This document shows, piece by piece, positions 1 through 15,000 of a DNA stretch of 64,000 nucleotides. The stretch spans positions 800,001-864,000 of the forward strand of contig OZ244958.1 of the NCBI GenBank assembly GCA_965222575.1, in the 5' to 3' direction. Position 1 is the stretch's first letter; every line of letters begins with the position of its first letter. The stretch is from Alphaproteobacteria bacterium. GTDB lineage: Bacteria > Pseudomonadota > Alphaproteobacteria > G965222575. The position numbers and the translations under genes were made by a program. The notes under the pieces were generated by a model that saw nothing but the letters and a program-made list of their open reading frames with translations, did not search any database and was not told where the DNA came from.

Positions 1-2
1 AC

Positions 3-3000
3 AACACTACTGCTACGCTTCCTCCTGTGCCAGTGCTCTTTGTAGGCGCGCCGAAAGCCAACAGTGGAGCAGGATATGTGAAGGTCTTTGATGTTGTTGT
101 TAATGGGGGGGATAGGAATATTCAAACCATTCCGGCGCCTGCTTCTATGAGAGCCTTTGGGTATAGTTTAGCCAGCGGTCTTTACACGAGTACATCATTG
201 ATCTCGCGGCGCGCGCGGCGGCTACCAAAGCAGAAGCACTCAGGGAGCTATGCAGTGGATAATCACCTGTTTGTGGGGGCGCCTGAGAGTTACAGTGGAG
301 CAGGAGCGGCGGTTATGTACAAATGGAGTACTCTTAGTGGTGGTAGTTATTCATCACCTCTTGAAGTAAGGGTGAATAATGTAAGTGGGACGCATCGTGA
401 TGATAGCGTGTCGACTAATATTCGTACCAATTATGGAAATCACTTTGGCGTTTCTGTTCAGTATCTTCATTATACTACTTGGGAGGCCATCCTTCTTGTT
501 ATGAGTTATAATAGTAGTCGTACGGGTGTAGCTATGTCTGTGTTTTATCCGGATGCGCGTTATCAATTTCGCCTTTCGGATATTATCGGTGGCACCAGCA
601 GTGGGAAATACGGCCCTGCCTTTCCTCTGCCGGTAAAAGTATGGAGAGTGACCGTATTGGTGGATGGTACTACCCGGTGGGCCTACCAATTTCTTGATAA
701 GGCTGCGTTGGATAAGGCGTTGCCAAATATGCATAATGCACACAAATTAAAAAGCTTCTCTTCCACCAGAGTGGAAAAAGAACATTTTATTAATGCCTTT
801 GGCTTTTTGTACCGGGAAGCAAACGGGGCCTTAAAGATAAAATATGCAGCTGCGCGCCTCGGGAACACAGGAGGACCAAAAGGGATTAATCCTCAAACTC
901 CTGATATTCCCATTACAGGTATGAAAGCTGTAGGTGCTAACTTCGCGGATTTATATGAGACCACCGATAAGCTTTCCTTTGCGGCGTTGCCGGATCAGCT
1001 CTTTATTACGCAAGGAGACAAGGTGTACATTACCCCTTTGACGAGTAGTAATGTAGTCCTAGAAGGTTTTGACGGTGGAGCGGTGGGGAGCCCTATTGAA
1101 CTTGTGGATAGCCCCACCTTCCAATTATATAATGTATTGAAGAGTGTGTCTTTTAGCATAGACCCTCCGGAAGTGCTTCCACTCTCTTCAGCTTCTTCAG
1201 ATGGTGGACAGACAACAGAACCAACAGCACCAACAGGACCAGTAACACCAGTAGAACCAGTAGAACCAGTAGCAGTTACTTTCACTGGGATTACAGCCAT
1301 TGACGTCTTCAAGGAATCTGATAATAAGTTCTATTTAGCAATAGGAGAAGCTGGTGGTGATGCTAGTAAAGGTAGGGTTGTGGTGTTTAAGGGGACGTCT
1401 TCTACGTTTGCCGATATCGCGCAAACCTTTAAGGTTGAAGGTGCTGAAGGGGAGTGGTTTGGCTGGTCTGTGGCCATAGGGCTATTAGATAAGGACGGAG
1501 GGGCTGATGCGTATGCTCCTGAGCCAGTGCTCTTTGTAGGCGCGCCGAAAGCTCAAGGTCAGGGTATTATTGGTGTCTACACCCTTAATGATAAGACACA
1601 CCTTCAAGATGTAACTATACCCCTAAACCAGGGCAGCCACTGGGGATATAATGTGGATGGCGGCTTTCATGCAGGGACCAGAAAGTCCTATGTTTTTGGG
1701 AATACGGCGTCCACGAGCGGTACACAATGGGCGTTCGCACAGGTATGGCGACCTAATGCGTCGGACCCTAAAGGGGGGAGCTATGTATCTGGCGCTTACG
1801 GATCCAGACAAATTAAATCACGACAGATGGGGGGTTTTAACGCGGTGTCCCTGTTCAGTGATAGTGTTGCGCCCCATTTTTTAGTTTCGGGCTATACGCG
1901 ATCTTACGGTACCGAAGCAACCGGGTATAAACACCGAAGCCGGCTTGAAGCGCTGTCCTTCACCGGCATCCTACATATCAAGGGTTCTGTATTGCCCGTA
2001 AGATCTCGCAGATACAATTTCTTCTTTACTATACCGGTTCAGAAGGCAGATGGTAGCTCTACAGAGATGATAGGCTTCCTGTACAAGGATGGAACACAGT
2101 TAAAGATGAAATATGCGGCAGTGGATTTTACGAATACAAGAACAGGCGGTGGTGAACCACTATTAGGCCAGAATCCTCTAACTTTCTCCGCTGACAGTAG
2201 CGATATTGTCATTGATACGGGGACAGCGGTGCCTGATGTCTTATTTGGGAATTCAGTATTTAATGTCACTAATAAGCTTTCCATTACGGCCCTTGAGGAT
2301 AAGCTCTTTATTGCGCAAGGAGACACGGTGTGGAGTGCCGATCTTACTGTGGTTTCTTCAGGTTCTCCAGGTTCTCCGCCGATTATTACCATAGAGAGTT
2401 TGGAAAGTGTTGACTTCTCTCCACCACCACCAGCAATTACTTTCACTGGGATTACAGCCATTGATGTCTTGAAGGTTGCTGATAATAAGTTTTACTTAGC
2501 CCTTGGAGACTCTGCTGATAATAGTAATACCGGTAAGGTTGTGGTATTTGATGGGACGTCTTCTACGTTTGCCGATATCAAGCAAACCTTTGAGGTTAAA
2601 GGAGGTGCTACGGGGGATTGGTTTGGCTGGTCTGTGAAGTTACAGTTACTAGATAGGGACGGAGCGGCGGATGTGTTTTCTCCTGAGCCAGTGCTCTTTG
2701 TAGGAGCGCCGAAAGCCAACAGTGGAGAAGGTATTGTGAAGGTCTTTGCCTTTGATGAGACGGTGATTCAAACCCTCACGCCAGCAGGTATTACCAGACC
2801 CGTTATTAAAGCCTTTGGATATAGCTTAGATGTAACAGACCCGCGCATTCGAGCCTCCTATCTCATCATTGGCGCGCCAGAGTCTGAACATAGCAGTATA
2901 AACAAAGGAGCCGTGTTCGTCTATACGTGGAAGATTGATGCTACTACTAGTAGTAATAGTGCGTATGACCTAAGAGCGGTCTTTTCTAGAAATGTAACGC

Positions 3001-6000
3001 CTGCAGGCGTTATCCCTTACTCGAGAGGAGTGAGTATAAACGCTCCGGGCCCAATACAACGTTATTTGGGTGCTGAAGTCGGGGCTTTCTACATGGGTGA
3101 TGATAAAGCCCGTTTCTATGCGTCGGCTTATGCTACTGATCGTAGTGCGGGGACAACCATAGTATTCTTCCATGCAGAAGATGCTTCTGATACAGCACGT
3201 GTTAGGCAGTACGTTAAAGGGACTCGGAAACATAGCGTTTCGTACAAAAAAAGTGGTAATGATGAATATGAATATGGTTCCTTCTTCATTATTCCAGTCA
3301 CAGCATCAAATGGTGATGAATTAGACATATTAGGGGTCCTCTTCCGCGATCCGTCAGACGGGGCCTTAAAGAGTAAATATGCGACTTTTCGACCACCACC
3401 GTCGGGAGCACTCGGGTTAACAGAGTTTCTAACTGGAGAAATCTCTCTTGATATGGATACAGTGACATCTGTAGATGCGGGATTCACGACTTTGTATACG
3501 ACCACCAATAAGCTTTCCTTTGCGGCGCTTGAGGATAAGCTCTTTATTGTGCAAGGAGACAAGGTGTATAGGGCCTCACTTGCGCCTAACAACTTGGCAA
3601 GTAAAGCGGACGTAAGTACCTTGACCTTCACTGTAGGGGACCTTGCGGAGGAGAGTTTTGTTGAGGGGAAAATGAAGGTGAAGTTCACCCAGATGACAGC
3701 GATTTCTATCTTAAAGGTTGCTGATGATAAGTTTTGGTTAGCTGTGGGAGACCCTGGTGATAGTAGTAATACTGGTAAGGTTGTGGTGTTTGAAGGGACG
3801 GATGCCACATTTTCTGATCTTGAACAGAAATTTAAGTTTACAGGAGACAAAGTGGGGGATTCGTTTGGCTGGTCTGTGAAGTTACACCTATTGAAGGACA
3901 ATACGGGGAGTGTCCTTACGTCAATGCTCTTTGTAGGCGCGCCTAAAGTCAGCAGAACAATCAGCAGAACAATCAGTGGAGTAGCCAGTGAAGTAGCCAG
4001 TGAAGGAATAGTGAGACTCTTTTTACTGAACCCTAACACTTATTCGGCTTATACTCCCGCGATATTGCCGATGGCGACTTTCAGTTATAACGACGGTACC
4101 TCTAAAAATATCCTTGTTGGCGCTTTTGGTTATAGTTTGCAGACCATTACCTATAATGAGGACAACTTCCTTATTGTGGGGGCGCCGGAAACGTATAATG
4201 GAGAGGGTGCGGTTTTCTTCTATAAGATTGAGCCCACTAGCGTAGTGTTAAAACAAGTCTTTTTTGTTGGGAACAAGCCTACTCTTACGACAAGTGTCAC
4301 AACCGTAACCGTTGGTCAGGTGACTTTGAAAGATGGGGCTTACAATAAGCACTTCGGCGCTGAAGTCGGGGCTTTCCTGTACAATAATACGCCCTATTTT
4401 TATGCTGCGAGCCATAATGATGTCTCTCATACAGGAACAGCCCTACACTTCTTCCAACGACAAGACGACTCTACTATTTCACAATTCCTCCAAGGTGACC
4501 AACCTTATGGCGAGGTGTACGACGCGGCGGAATACGGCACCTTCTTTATCCTGCCAGTGCAGCTATGGAGCCTTACATACCAAAACGGAATTGAGTGGTA
4601 TAAAACCGAAGCCGAAGCCGAGGAAGCAAAAAGCGGCATTGGCGGAACCATAGCCTCTGAATCTATAGATGTTTTTGCCTTGCTAAAATCAAATGGCTTC
4701 TTAACCATTAAGACTTTCTTCCGTGATGCAGATCGTCAAGGGTTCATCGCTTCATCAGGAGAAGAGTTTGACATAAGTGGTTTTCTTCCCACCGTTCTTG
4801 CGGATGGCTTTACAGGTTTATACGCACCTTCTAAAGTCAGCATTTTGTTGTTGGAAAATCGCTTATTTGTTGCACAGGGAACAGGAATCAAAACGCAATC
4901 CTTCTCATCAACAGTCCTGCTCAACCCTTTTGTGACATCACTCAACATAGCAAGTCGTGCGTCTCAAGTGGAGACGCTAACTCTTACAAGCGCAGACGAA
5001 CAGGTACCAGTAATAGGCAAAGAAGAATCGTCTGTTTTCACTAAAATTACAGCGATTTCTGTCTTGAAGACTACTGATAAGTTTTACTTAGCCCTGGGAG
5101 ACCCTGCTGGTGATGCTACTATAGGTAAGGTTTTGGTGTTTGAAGGGTCGGATTCTGCGTTTTCCGATATTAAGCAAACCTTTGAGGTTACAGGTGCTAT
5201 GGGGGATTGGTTTGGCTGGTCTGTGAAGTTACAGTTACTAGATAGGGACGGAGTGGGTAGCGCCTCTCTCCCTGAGCCCGTGCTCTTTGTAGGAGCGCCT
5301 AAAGCCAACAGTGGAGTAGGGTATGTGAAGGTCTTTGCCTTTGATGAGACTCAGACGGTGATTCAAACCCTCACGCCAGCAGGTGTTACCGCCCCTGTTA
5401 TTCAAGGCTTTGGGTATAGCTTAGATGCGAAATCACACCCGCTCTTTAGATTCTCCCATCTCATTGTTGGCGCGCCAGAAACCAATGGTGGAAAAGGCGC
5501 AATCTTCATCTATAGATGGCAAGATAGACAGTATGTCCTCAAAGGGGTCTTTGCTATTGAAGCAACCCCGATAGTGCCAGTAGGGGTAGACAAAGGGATG
5601 GTGGCTTTGAAAGAGGCGGCTTACAATGAGCACTTCGGCGCTGAAGTCGGGGCTTTCTACTTTGATAGCACTTTCCCCCGTTTCTATGCTGTGAGTTATA
5701 ATAGTGGTCATACAGGGACATCCATACAATTCTTCTTTTCAAATGCAAGTGGTGGCAAGACTGGTGCAATTAGAAGTACTGTGTACAGTGGGGTTGAATA
5801 TGGGTCCTTCTTCACCATTCCAGTAAAGGTATGGAAAATTGAATCCTCCTTCAGAGGTGGAACTGAGGAGTTTTTTGCTTCTAGAGAAGAGGCTATCAAG
5901 CGCTCTCTTGTTTTGCTTGGACAGGATGAAAAACCTGAAACCTCTGTAAAAACTGTTTCGTTAGATATCCTAGGCGTTCTCAAACGCGAGGACGACGGGT

Positions 6001-9000
6001 CCTTAAAGAGTAAATATGCGACGTTTTTTCCTGTAGCGGGCAGTCTCACAACCTTCTTAAATGGGGCGATCCCCATTAATACGGGGACATCGGTAGATGT
6101 GGGATTCACGACTTTATATGCGCCCAGCATCAATAAGCTTTCCTTTGCGATGCTGACAGATAAACTCTTTATTGCACAGGGCACAAGTGTGTATAGCACC
6201 TCTTTTACTGTCCATCGCACTGTGACGTTTGCTGTAGAAAAAGATTTGAAACCGGTGGTGTTCCCTACAGTGTTTCGTTTCACTGAGATTACAGCGCTTT
6301 CTGTCTTGAAGTTTGCTGATGATAAGTTTTACTTAGCCGTGGGAGACCCTACTGATACTAGTAATGCAGGGAGGGCTGTGGTGTTTGAGGGGACGAATGC
6401 TGAGTTTTCCGATATCGCGCAAACCTTTATAGTTGAAGGAGACAATGCGGGGGATTGGTTTGGCTGGTCTGTGAAGTTACAGTTACTAGATAGGGACGGA
6501 GCAGGGGATTCTGGCCTTCCTGAGCCAGTGCTCTTTGTAGGTGCGCCTAAAGCCCCCAGCAGTACAGGCACCAGTGAAGTAGGGACTGTGAAGGTCTTTG
6601 CTGTTGCTGTTGCTGATGGGGTGGATAGGAATATTCAAACCATTAGAGCGCCTCCTGCCTTAACTTATGTGCGCGCCTTTGGGTATAGTTTAGCCGGCGG
6701 TATTCACGCAACAACAAACAATTACCTGTTTGTGGGGGCACCTAAGAGTACGCATAGCGGTACTGAACAAGGAGCGGCGTTTGTGTACAAATGGAACGGC
6801 AGCACAGCCTATGAACTGAAAGGCATAGCAAGGCCGACAGCGGCGTCTTTTGGCACATCAGGCAGTGTTTTCACCTCCAACCCCACGGGAGATTCTGCGT
6901 GGCATGTTGCTTATAACAGACACTTTGGCGCTTCTGTTGGGTATCTTAATTATCATAATTGGGGCGTCCATCTTTATGTTGTGAGTTATAATAGTAATCA
7001 TAGTGGGACAGCTATTACTTTTTTTGGAAGTGATGATACTCAACTGCTCTATCGGAAGAACCTTACGAGTAAAAATTACCAGGAACACGGCGCCTTCTTT
7101 AATCTGCCGGGAGGACAAGTGAATCCTGTTGAAGCCTTTGGCTTTTTGAATCGGGACCCCTATGGGAACTTGAAAATCAAATATGGGATTATGAAAGGGG
7201 ATCTCAATACAGGAGCAACAAGCCAACTGCGGATTGATTACCAAAGTACTCCTGATACTTCCATTGATACGGGGACAGATGTAGGTGCGAGATTCACGAC
7301 TTTATATAGGACCACCAATAAGCTTTCCTTTGCGGCGCTGACCGATACACTCTTTGTTGCGCAAGGAGCAAATGTGTATAGTGCCTCTTTTGCTCTCAAT
7401 CCATCGAGCACTACGCAGAAGCTTGCCATTACAGCAAAGGTTGATGTTGTCACTTTTACTAGGATTACAGCGATTTCTGTCTTGAAATTTACTGATGATA
7501 AGTTTTACTTAGCCGTGGGAGAAGTTGCTGATAGTAGTGAGAGGGGTAGGGTTGTGGTATTTAAGGGGCCGGATTCTGTGTTTTCCGATATCCATCAAAT
7601 CTTTGAGGTACCAGGAGACAATGATGGGGATTGGTTTGGCTGGTCTGTGAAGTTACAGAAATTGGGTTCTGAGCCAGTGCTCTTTGTAGGCGCGCCTAAA
7701 GCCAACAGTGGAGTAGGTCATGTGAGGGTCTTTTCCGTTGATGATAGTCAGAGGGTGATTCAAACCATTAAGCCGCCTATTTACTCAATGTTTTATGTGC
7801 GTGCCTTTGGGTATAGTTTAGCCGGCGGTATTCACGCAACAACGAACAATTACCTGTTTGTGGGGGCGCCTTTGAGTATGCTTGACGGTGTTGAACAAGG
7901 AGCGGCGTTTGTGTACAAATGGAACGGCAGCACAGCCTATGAACTGAAAGGCATAGCAAGGCCCATGGCGGAGAGTTATGGTAACGTGCCGGCATCAGTT
8001 AGGACAGGGAATCCCAGTGGGGCTCCGTGGCATGATGATTATAGCAACCACTTTGGCATTTCTGTTGGGTTTGTTATTAGTTACAGTGTGCCTTATCTTT
8101 ATGTTGTGAGTTATAATAGGGAGAGGACAGAGACAGCACTGTCCGCTTTTAATTTGAGTAACGATAATGTGCGTTATCTAGGGAACCGTTCGAAGGTTGT
8201 AACTGGGGAATACGGGGCTTTCTTTAATCTGCCGGTAGAAAAGAGCGGGCAGCTTTATGAAATCTTGGGCTTTTTGGTTCGTGACAGTGGCTTAAAAATC
8301 AAATATGGGGTTGTGAATTGGCAACAAGGAGGGGTTCATTTTCAAAGTCCTGATATTTCCATTGATACGGGGACAGATGTAGATGCGGGATTCACGAATC
8401 CCTATGAGATCAACAATAAGCTTTCCTTTGCGGCCCTTCCGCTCCTTGCGCGGCAGAAGCCGGGTCAGCTGTTTATAGGACAGGGAACAAGCGTGAAGCG
8501 TACCTCTTTTGGTGAATTACCCTCTGATGGCGACGACAACCCCTATGACGATGTCACCCCATGGTTACGGGTTAGTAGTAGTATCGGCGTCACTAGGGTA
8601 CGGTTTGTCAGAGGGGATGATTTGGTAGAGATGGAATTGTCTTCAGGGGGACGAGAAACAGAAGCGGTTAGTTTCACTGAGATTACAGCCATTGATGTCT
8701 TGAAGTTTGCTGAGGATAAGTTCTATTTAGCAGTAGGAGAAGCTACTGTTAATAGTCATAGAGGTAGGGTTGTGGTGTTTGAAGGGACGAATGCAGCGTT
8801 TGCTGGTGTCAAGCAAAGGTTTACAAGGATTGGAGACGAAGTGGGGGATATGTTTGGCTGGTCTGTGAAGTTACAGAAATTGAGTTCTGATCCAGTGCTC
8901 TTTGTAGGCGCGCCGAAAGCCAGCAGTGGAGTAGGTCATGTGAAGGTCTTTGGCCTTGATGGGGCGGATATTCAAACCATTAGGCTTACTGCCTTAACTT

Positions 9001-12000
9001 ATGTGCGCGCCTTTGGGTATAGTGTAGACGGCGGTATTCACGAAAGAATAAGCGGCGGTGTCACAACAACGAACAATTACCTGTTTGTGGGCGCACCTGC
9101 GAGTACACATAACAATGCTGAAGAAGGAGCGGTGTTTGTGTACAAATGGGACAGCGGAACCTATGCACTGAAAGGCGTAGCAAGGCCGACAGCGGGGAGT
9201 CATGGTAGCGTCGGGAGTGCTGCGAGTGCGCATCCCAGTGGTTCTGCGTGGGATGCTGATTATAGCAACCACTTTGGTGCTTCTGTTGGGTATGCTAATT
9301 TTAGAGGTGAACCCCATCTTTATGTTGTGAGTTATAAGAGTGAACATACAAAAGGGACAGCCATTACTGTTTTTGGAATAGATAATGCAGATGCACTGCT
9401 CTATCGGGATAACCTTACGAGTGTACATCGAGAGGCATACGGCGCCTTCTTTTATCTGTCACTAGGACAAGTGAATCCTGTTGAAGGCTTGGGCTTTTTG
9501 TTTCGTGAAGAAAATGGGGATTTAAAAATCAAATATGGGGTTATGAAAGGGGATATCAGTACAGGAACGATTCATTACCAAAGTATTTATGATACTCCCA
9601 TTGATACGGGGACAGGTATAACAGATGTAGGTGCGGAATTCACGGACTTATATGCGGCCACCAATAAGCTTTCCTTTATGCCTCTTGCAGATATACTCTA
9701 TGTTGCACAAGGACAAAATGTGTATACGACCTCTTTTGCTCTCAATCCATTGAGTACTACGCAGCTTATCTTTGTAGCAAAAGGAAAAGATTTCACTACA
9801 ATTACGTCAATTTCTGCCTTGAAGTTTGCTGATGATAAGTTCTACTTAGCCGTGGGAGACCCTCATGATAGTGATAGTAATAAGAGGGGTAGGGTTGTGG
9901 TGTATGAGGGGCCGGATTCTGAGTTTTCCACTCTCACGCAAATCTTTGAGGTAGCAGGAGAGAATGAGGGGGATTGGTTTGGCTGGTCTGTGAAGTTGTC
10001 CCTACTAGATAGGGACGGAGGGGCTGATGCGTATGCTCCTGAGCCAGTGCTGTTTGTAGGCGCGCCTAAAGCCAGCAGTGCAGATGGAGCCACCAGTGGA
10101 GTAGGGTATGTGAAGGTCTTTGGTATTAAGGGGGATGAGATTCAAGACATTCCGCCGCCTGCTGATTTAACTTATGTGGGCGCCTTTGGGTATAGTGTGA
10201 GCGGCGGTTTTTTTACAAGCCGATATTCTGGTTATTACCTGCTTGTAGGGGCGCCTAAGAGTACACATACTGCCCCTGCCCCTGCCCCTGGTGGCGTTGG
10301 CGTTGTTGGCGGCAGTGGTACTGTTACAGAAGAACAAGGAGCGGCGTTTGTGTACACATACGGGGAAAACAACGGAGAATATGAACTGATGGGCATAGCA
10401 AGGCCGACAGCGGGGAGTCATGGTAGTGGCGACTTGCCTAGAAATGTGCTGGGGGCTCCGGAATTGGTTGATTGGCTGGGGAGACCTATAAGGGATCCAG
10501 TGTGGGATGTTAATTATAGATACCACTTTGGTGCTTCTGTTGGGTATTTTCTTGCACTTGGGAGAGACACTACTCCCTATCTTTATGTTTTGAGTTATAA
10601 TAGTAATAGGACAGGGACATTTATGTCCGCTTTTACTTTGAGTAGTCGTGGGCGGGCGCGGGTGGAGTGGGATGAAGACTCTTCGACGCCTATAACTGGG
10701 GAAGTCGGTGCTTTCTTTATTCTGCCGGCAAAAGAGACCTATCGGGATTATAATAGGGATATTGGTAGGTGGGAGTTTCTGGTGAGGGAAATCTCTTTCT
10801 TTGGCTTTTTGGTTCGTGACATTGACAGTGGCTTAAAAATTAGATATGGGATTGGGGGGGGAGGAGTTCTTTTTGCAACTTCTGATACTATTCCTACGGG
10901 GACAGGTGTAACAGATGTAAAAGATGTAGGTGAAAAATTCACGACTTTGTATAGGACCACCAATAAGCTTTCCTTTGCGGCGCTTCCGGATCAGCTGTTT
11001 ATAGGACAGGGAACAAACGTGTATCATACCGCTTTTGGGGCGACCAAACTCCCTAATCCTGATAATCCCCCTATACTAGGGTTTACCATAGGGAGTATAA
11101 AGACTTTGATAGAGCCAGCAGAGAGCGGAGATTTAATCGATGGTCTTACTGGGATTGCGTCAATTTCTGTCCTGAAGGTTGCTGCTAATGAGTTCTATTT
11201 AGCCGTAGGAGACCCTACTGATAATAGTAATACCGGTAAGGTTACAGTGTTTGAGGGGACGGATTCTATGTTTTCCGATATCAAGCAAACCTTTGATGTT
11301 GTAGGAGAAGCTGAGGGGGATTGGTTTGGCTGGTCTGTGAAGTTGGGGCTACTAGATAGGGACGGTGATACTGTTACGCTTTCTCCTGAGCCAGTGCTCT
11401 TTGTAGGCGCGCCGAAAGCTCAGTTAGTCGATCGAGGTCTGGGTATTATTAAGGTCTACACCATTAGGGATGAGCAACTCCTTCAAAGTGTAACGGTCTC
11501 CGACGCCGGCGAATGGGCAGATAACGCCTTTGGGTATAGTGTAGACGGCGGTTTTCATGTAGGGACCTCGAAATCCTATCTTATTGCCGGCGCGCCGAAA
11601 GTGACCTCTGCTGATGCTAGTAATGAAGCGTATGCGTTCATTATGGAATGGAACCCTAGCTCGGGGAGCTATGAACTGAGCCAAACCTTCACTTCATCTG
11701 AGCCTAAGTTTGGTTCTGAAGTGGGGATTTTCCTGTCCAGTCCAGTACCCTATTTTTATGCGAAGAGCCATCCTGCTTCTGCTACTACCAAGATTACCTT
11801 TTACGAAAAAGGGTCCAATGACGAAAAAGGATCCAAAACCCTCACCGGCAACTTCGGTTCCTTCTTTACCATATCAATTCAGTTGGCGGATGGTAGGGAT
11901 GCAGAGGCTTTAGGCTTTTTCCATCCGCAATCAGAGTCTTTAGAGATACAATATGCGGATGTGGATTTGACGGCTACAGGTGAGGATATTCTGACTGAAA

Positions 12001-15000
12001 GCGGTGCGATCTCCATTTCGACGGAGATACCTGTAGGTGCGGGATTCACGAATATATATGAGACCGATAGGATTGCTTTTGCGCTACTTGAGAATGGACT
12101 CTTTATAGGACAGAAAACAGCGGTGCAACGTGTCATTTTGACTGTGAATGTTCTCCAGAAGATGACCATAAAGCCTTTGGTAGAGCTGGACTTGTTTTCA
12201 CAGACAGCAGGGGTTAGTTTCACTGGGGTTGCATCAATTTCTGTCTTGAAGACTATTGATAAGTTTTACTTAGCCGTAGGAGACCCTGCTGATAGTGATT
12301 ATAGCGGTAAGGTTACGGTGTTTGAGGGGACGGATTCTGAGTTTTCCGATATCACGCAAACCTTTGATGTTACAGGACATGGTGATTGGTGGTTTGGCTG
12401 GTCTGTGAAGTTGGGGCTACTAGATAGGGACAATGAGGGTACGACGCATGCTCCTGAGCCAGTACTTTTTGTGGGGGCGCCGAAACTTCGGATATCAGAC
12501 AGCTACGGTCTGGGGGTTATTAAGGTCTTCACCTTGAAAATAAATACTCTGGGAAGCCGATTCCTTCAAGATGTAACGATAGACGCTGGCGGCAACTGGG
12601 ACGATAACGCCTTTGGGTATAGTGTGGACGGCGGCTTTCATGCAGGGACCTCAAAATCCTATCTTATTGCAGGCGCACCGCGAGTGAATCCTACTGATAC
12701 TGGTAATAAAGCGTATGTGTTCATTATGGAATGGATCCCTGAGGCGGCGGCGGCGAACTCTAAGTTGGGGAGCTATCAACTGAGCCAAACCTTCACTTCC
12801 TTCACTTCAACTGAGCCTAAGTTTGGTTCTGAAGTGGGGATTTTCCTGTCCGGCGCAGTGCCCTATTTTTATGCGAAGAGCCATCCTGCTTCTGCTACTA
12901 CCAAGATTACCTTTTACGGCAAAGGGGCCAAAACCCTCACCGGACACTTCGGTTCCTTCTTTACCATACCAGTTCAGTTGGCAAATGGTAGGGATACAGA
13001 GGCTTTAGGCTTTTTGAATCGGAAAGAAGACGGGGCTTTAGAGATACAATATGCGGATGTGGATTTGACGGCTAGAGGTAAGAAGATTCTGACTGAACGC
13101 GGTGCCGTCTCCATTGAGACGGAGATACCTGTAGGTGAAGGATTCACGAAGTTATATGACACAACTGATAGGATTGCTTTTGCGGCACTTGAGAATAGGC
13201 TCTTTATAGGACAGAAAACAGCGGTACACAATGTCCTTTTGACTGTGGATTCTCTTCAGAAGATGACCATAAAGCCTTTGATAAGTACCTTGCCAAGTAG
13301 AAGCAAGACAGCGATTTCTGTTTTGAAGGTGGCGAATGGTGAGTTCTATTTAGCAGTAGGAGAACCTACTGTTAATAAGAATGCAGGGAGGGCTGTGGTG
13401 TTTGGAGGGAGGGATTCTGCGTTTTCCGATATCAGGCAAACCTTTGAGGTTACAGGTGCTACGGGGGATTGGTTTGGCTGGTCTGTGAAGTTGCATCTGT
13501 TGGATAAGGACGGAAATGGCACTTTTGTGCCAGTGCTCTTTGTAGGAGCCCCTAAAGCCACCACTGGAGCAGGGTATGTGAAGGTCTTTGATATTGTTGG
13601 GGCGGAGATTCAAGACATTCTGCCGCAAAATGGCACTGTTCTTGCCTTTGGCTATAGCATAGCAGCTACGGGCGACCACCTTGCCATAGGGGCGCCACAA
13701 AGCAGTAGAGGTAGGGGGAACATAGCATTCTACAAATGGGACACGGCGACGACGGCGTATACCTTTCAAAACGCTTTTACTTTTTTTGAGGCACGTGTCC
13801 ATGGTGCTGAAGTCGGGGCTTTCCTGTACAATGATACGCCCTATTTTTATTCTACGTCCTATAGCGATGACAGTACCACCATTAGATTTTTCCAATACGA
13901 AAACAACAGTTATATCTTATCTCACACTCAGACATACCAAGGCGAATACGGTTCCTTCTTGAACATTAAAGTCAAGACAAAAACCAGGACACAAACTAGT
14001 GAGGAGGTCCTAGGCGTCCTCTTACGCGAGCCAGATGGGTCCTTAAAGATAAAATATGCGGCTTTTTATGGAACAGAAACGCAGGACTTCGCAACCTTCC
14101 AAGAGATTCCCATGAATAGAAAGGCGGAGACTTCATTTAAGACTTTATATACCACCACCAATAAGTTTTCCTTTGCGGCGCTTCCGGATCAGCTCTTTAT
14201 TGCGCAGGGAGCAAGTGTGTATAGAACCCCTCTTACTCTACTTACTTTGGTGTTAAAGGACCAAGCATTGAAGGTAGAGAATTTAGGCTTTCCTATAGGG
14301 GCTCTTGCGCAGCAGAATTTTGACATAAAGGCAACAATAGGAGAGAAAACAATTACGAGCACGCAAGGACTCTCTTTCTCAGTGTTGAAAGTCACAGATG
14401 AGTTGTTCTATTTGGCCATAGGAGACCCTTCCCGTAACGGCAAGGTGGTCGTGTTTGAAGGAGTGTACGCCGACTTTTCCTCCTCACAACAAAAATTTCA
14501 ACTAGAAGGGGAAATTCCCGGTAGTTGGTTTGGTTGGTCTGTGAAGTTGGATCTGTTGGATAAGGACGGAGCAGAGGGGGCTGGCCTTCCTGAGCCGGTG
14601 CTCTTTGTGGGGGTACCAAAAATCAACAAAAACACAGGCCTTGTGAAAATCTTTTCCATCATGCCGGACAGCATTCGTGAGTTGCACTTCCTCAAATCTC
14701 CTGTCCTCGAATCTCTTGCAGATATTTCTGTTGAAGCCTTTGGCTATAGTATAGGGGCGTTAGGCCAGTACCTTGCCATAGGGGCGCCACAAACCAATGA
14801 GGATAAAGGTGCCGTCTTCTTCTATACATGGAACGTTGAGAATCAACGATATCAACTCAACGAAGCGGCTTTTGTTGGGGTTAATCCTACAATAACTGAC
14901 GTTGTAGTCCATGAGATGGCAGGGACTATCACTCATAGTAGTGCTTCTCTTGCGCCTATGCACTTCGGCGCTGAAGTGGGAGACTTCAGTTATAAAAACA

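Noticed and set aside
8610..8618. RGD tripeptide in an inter-unit region of the giant protein
   Set aside because: A single occurrence in more than 6,400 aa is compatible with chance, and it is not conserved in other units.
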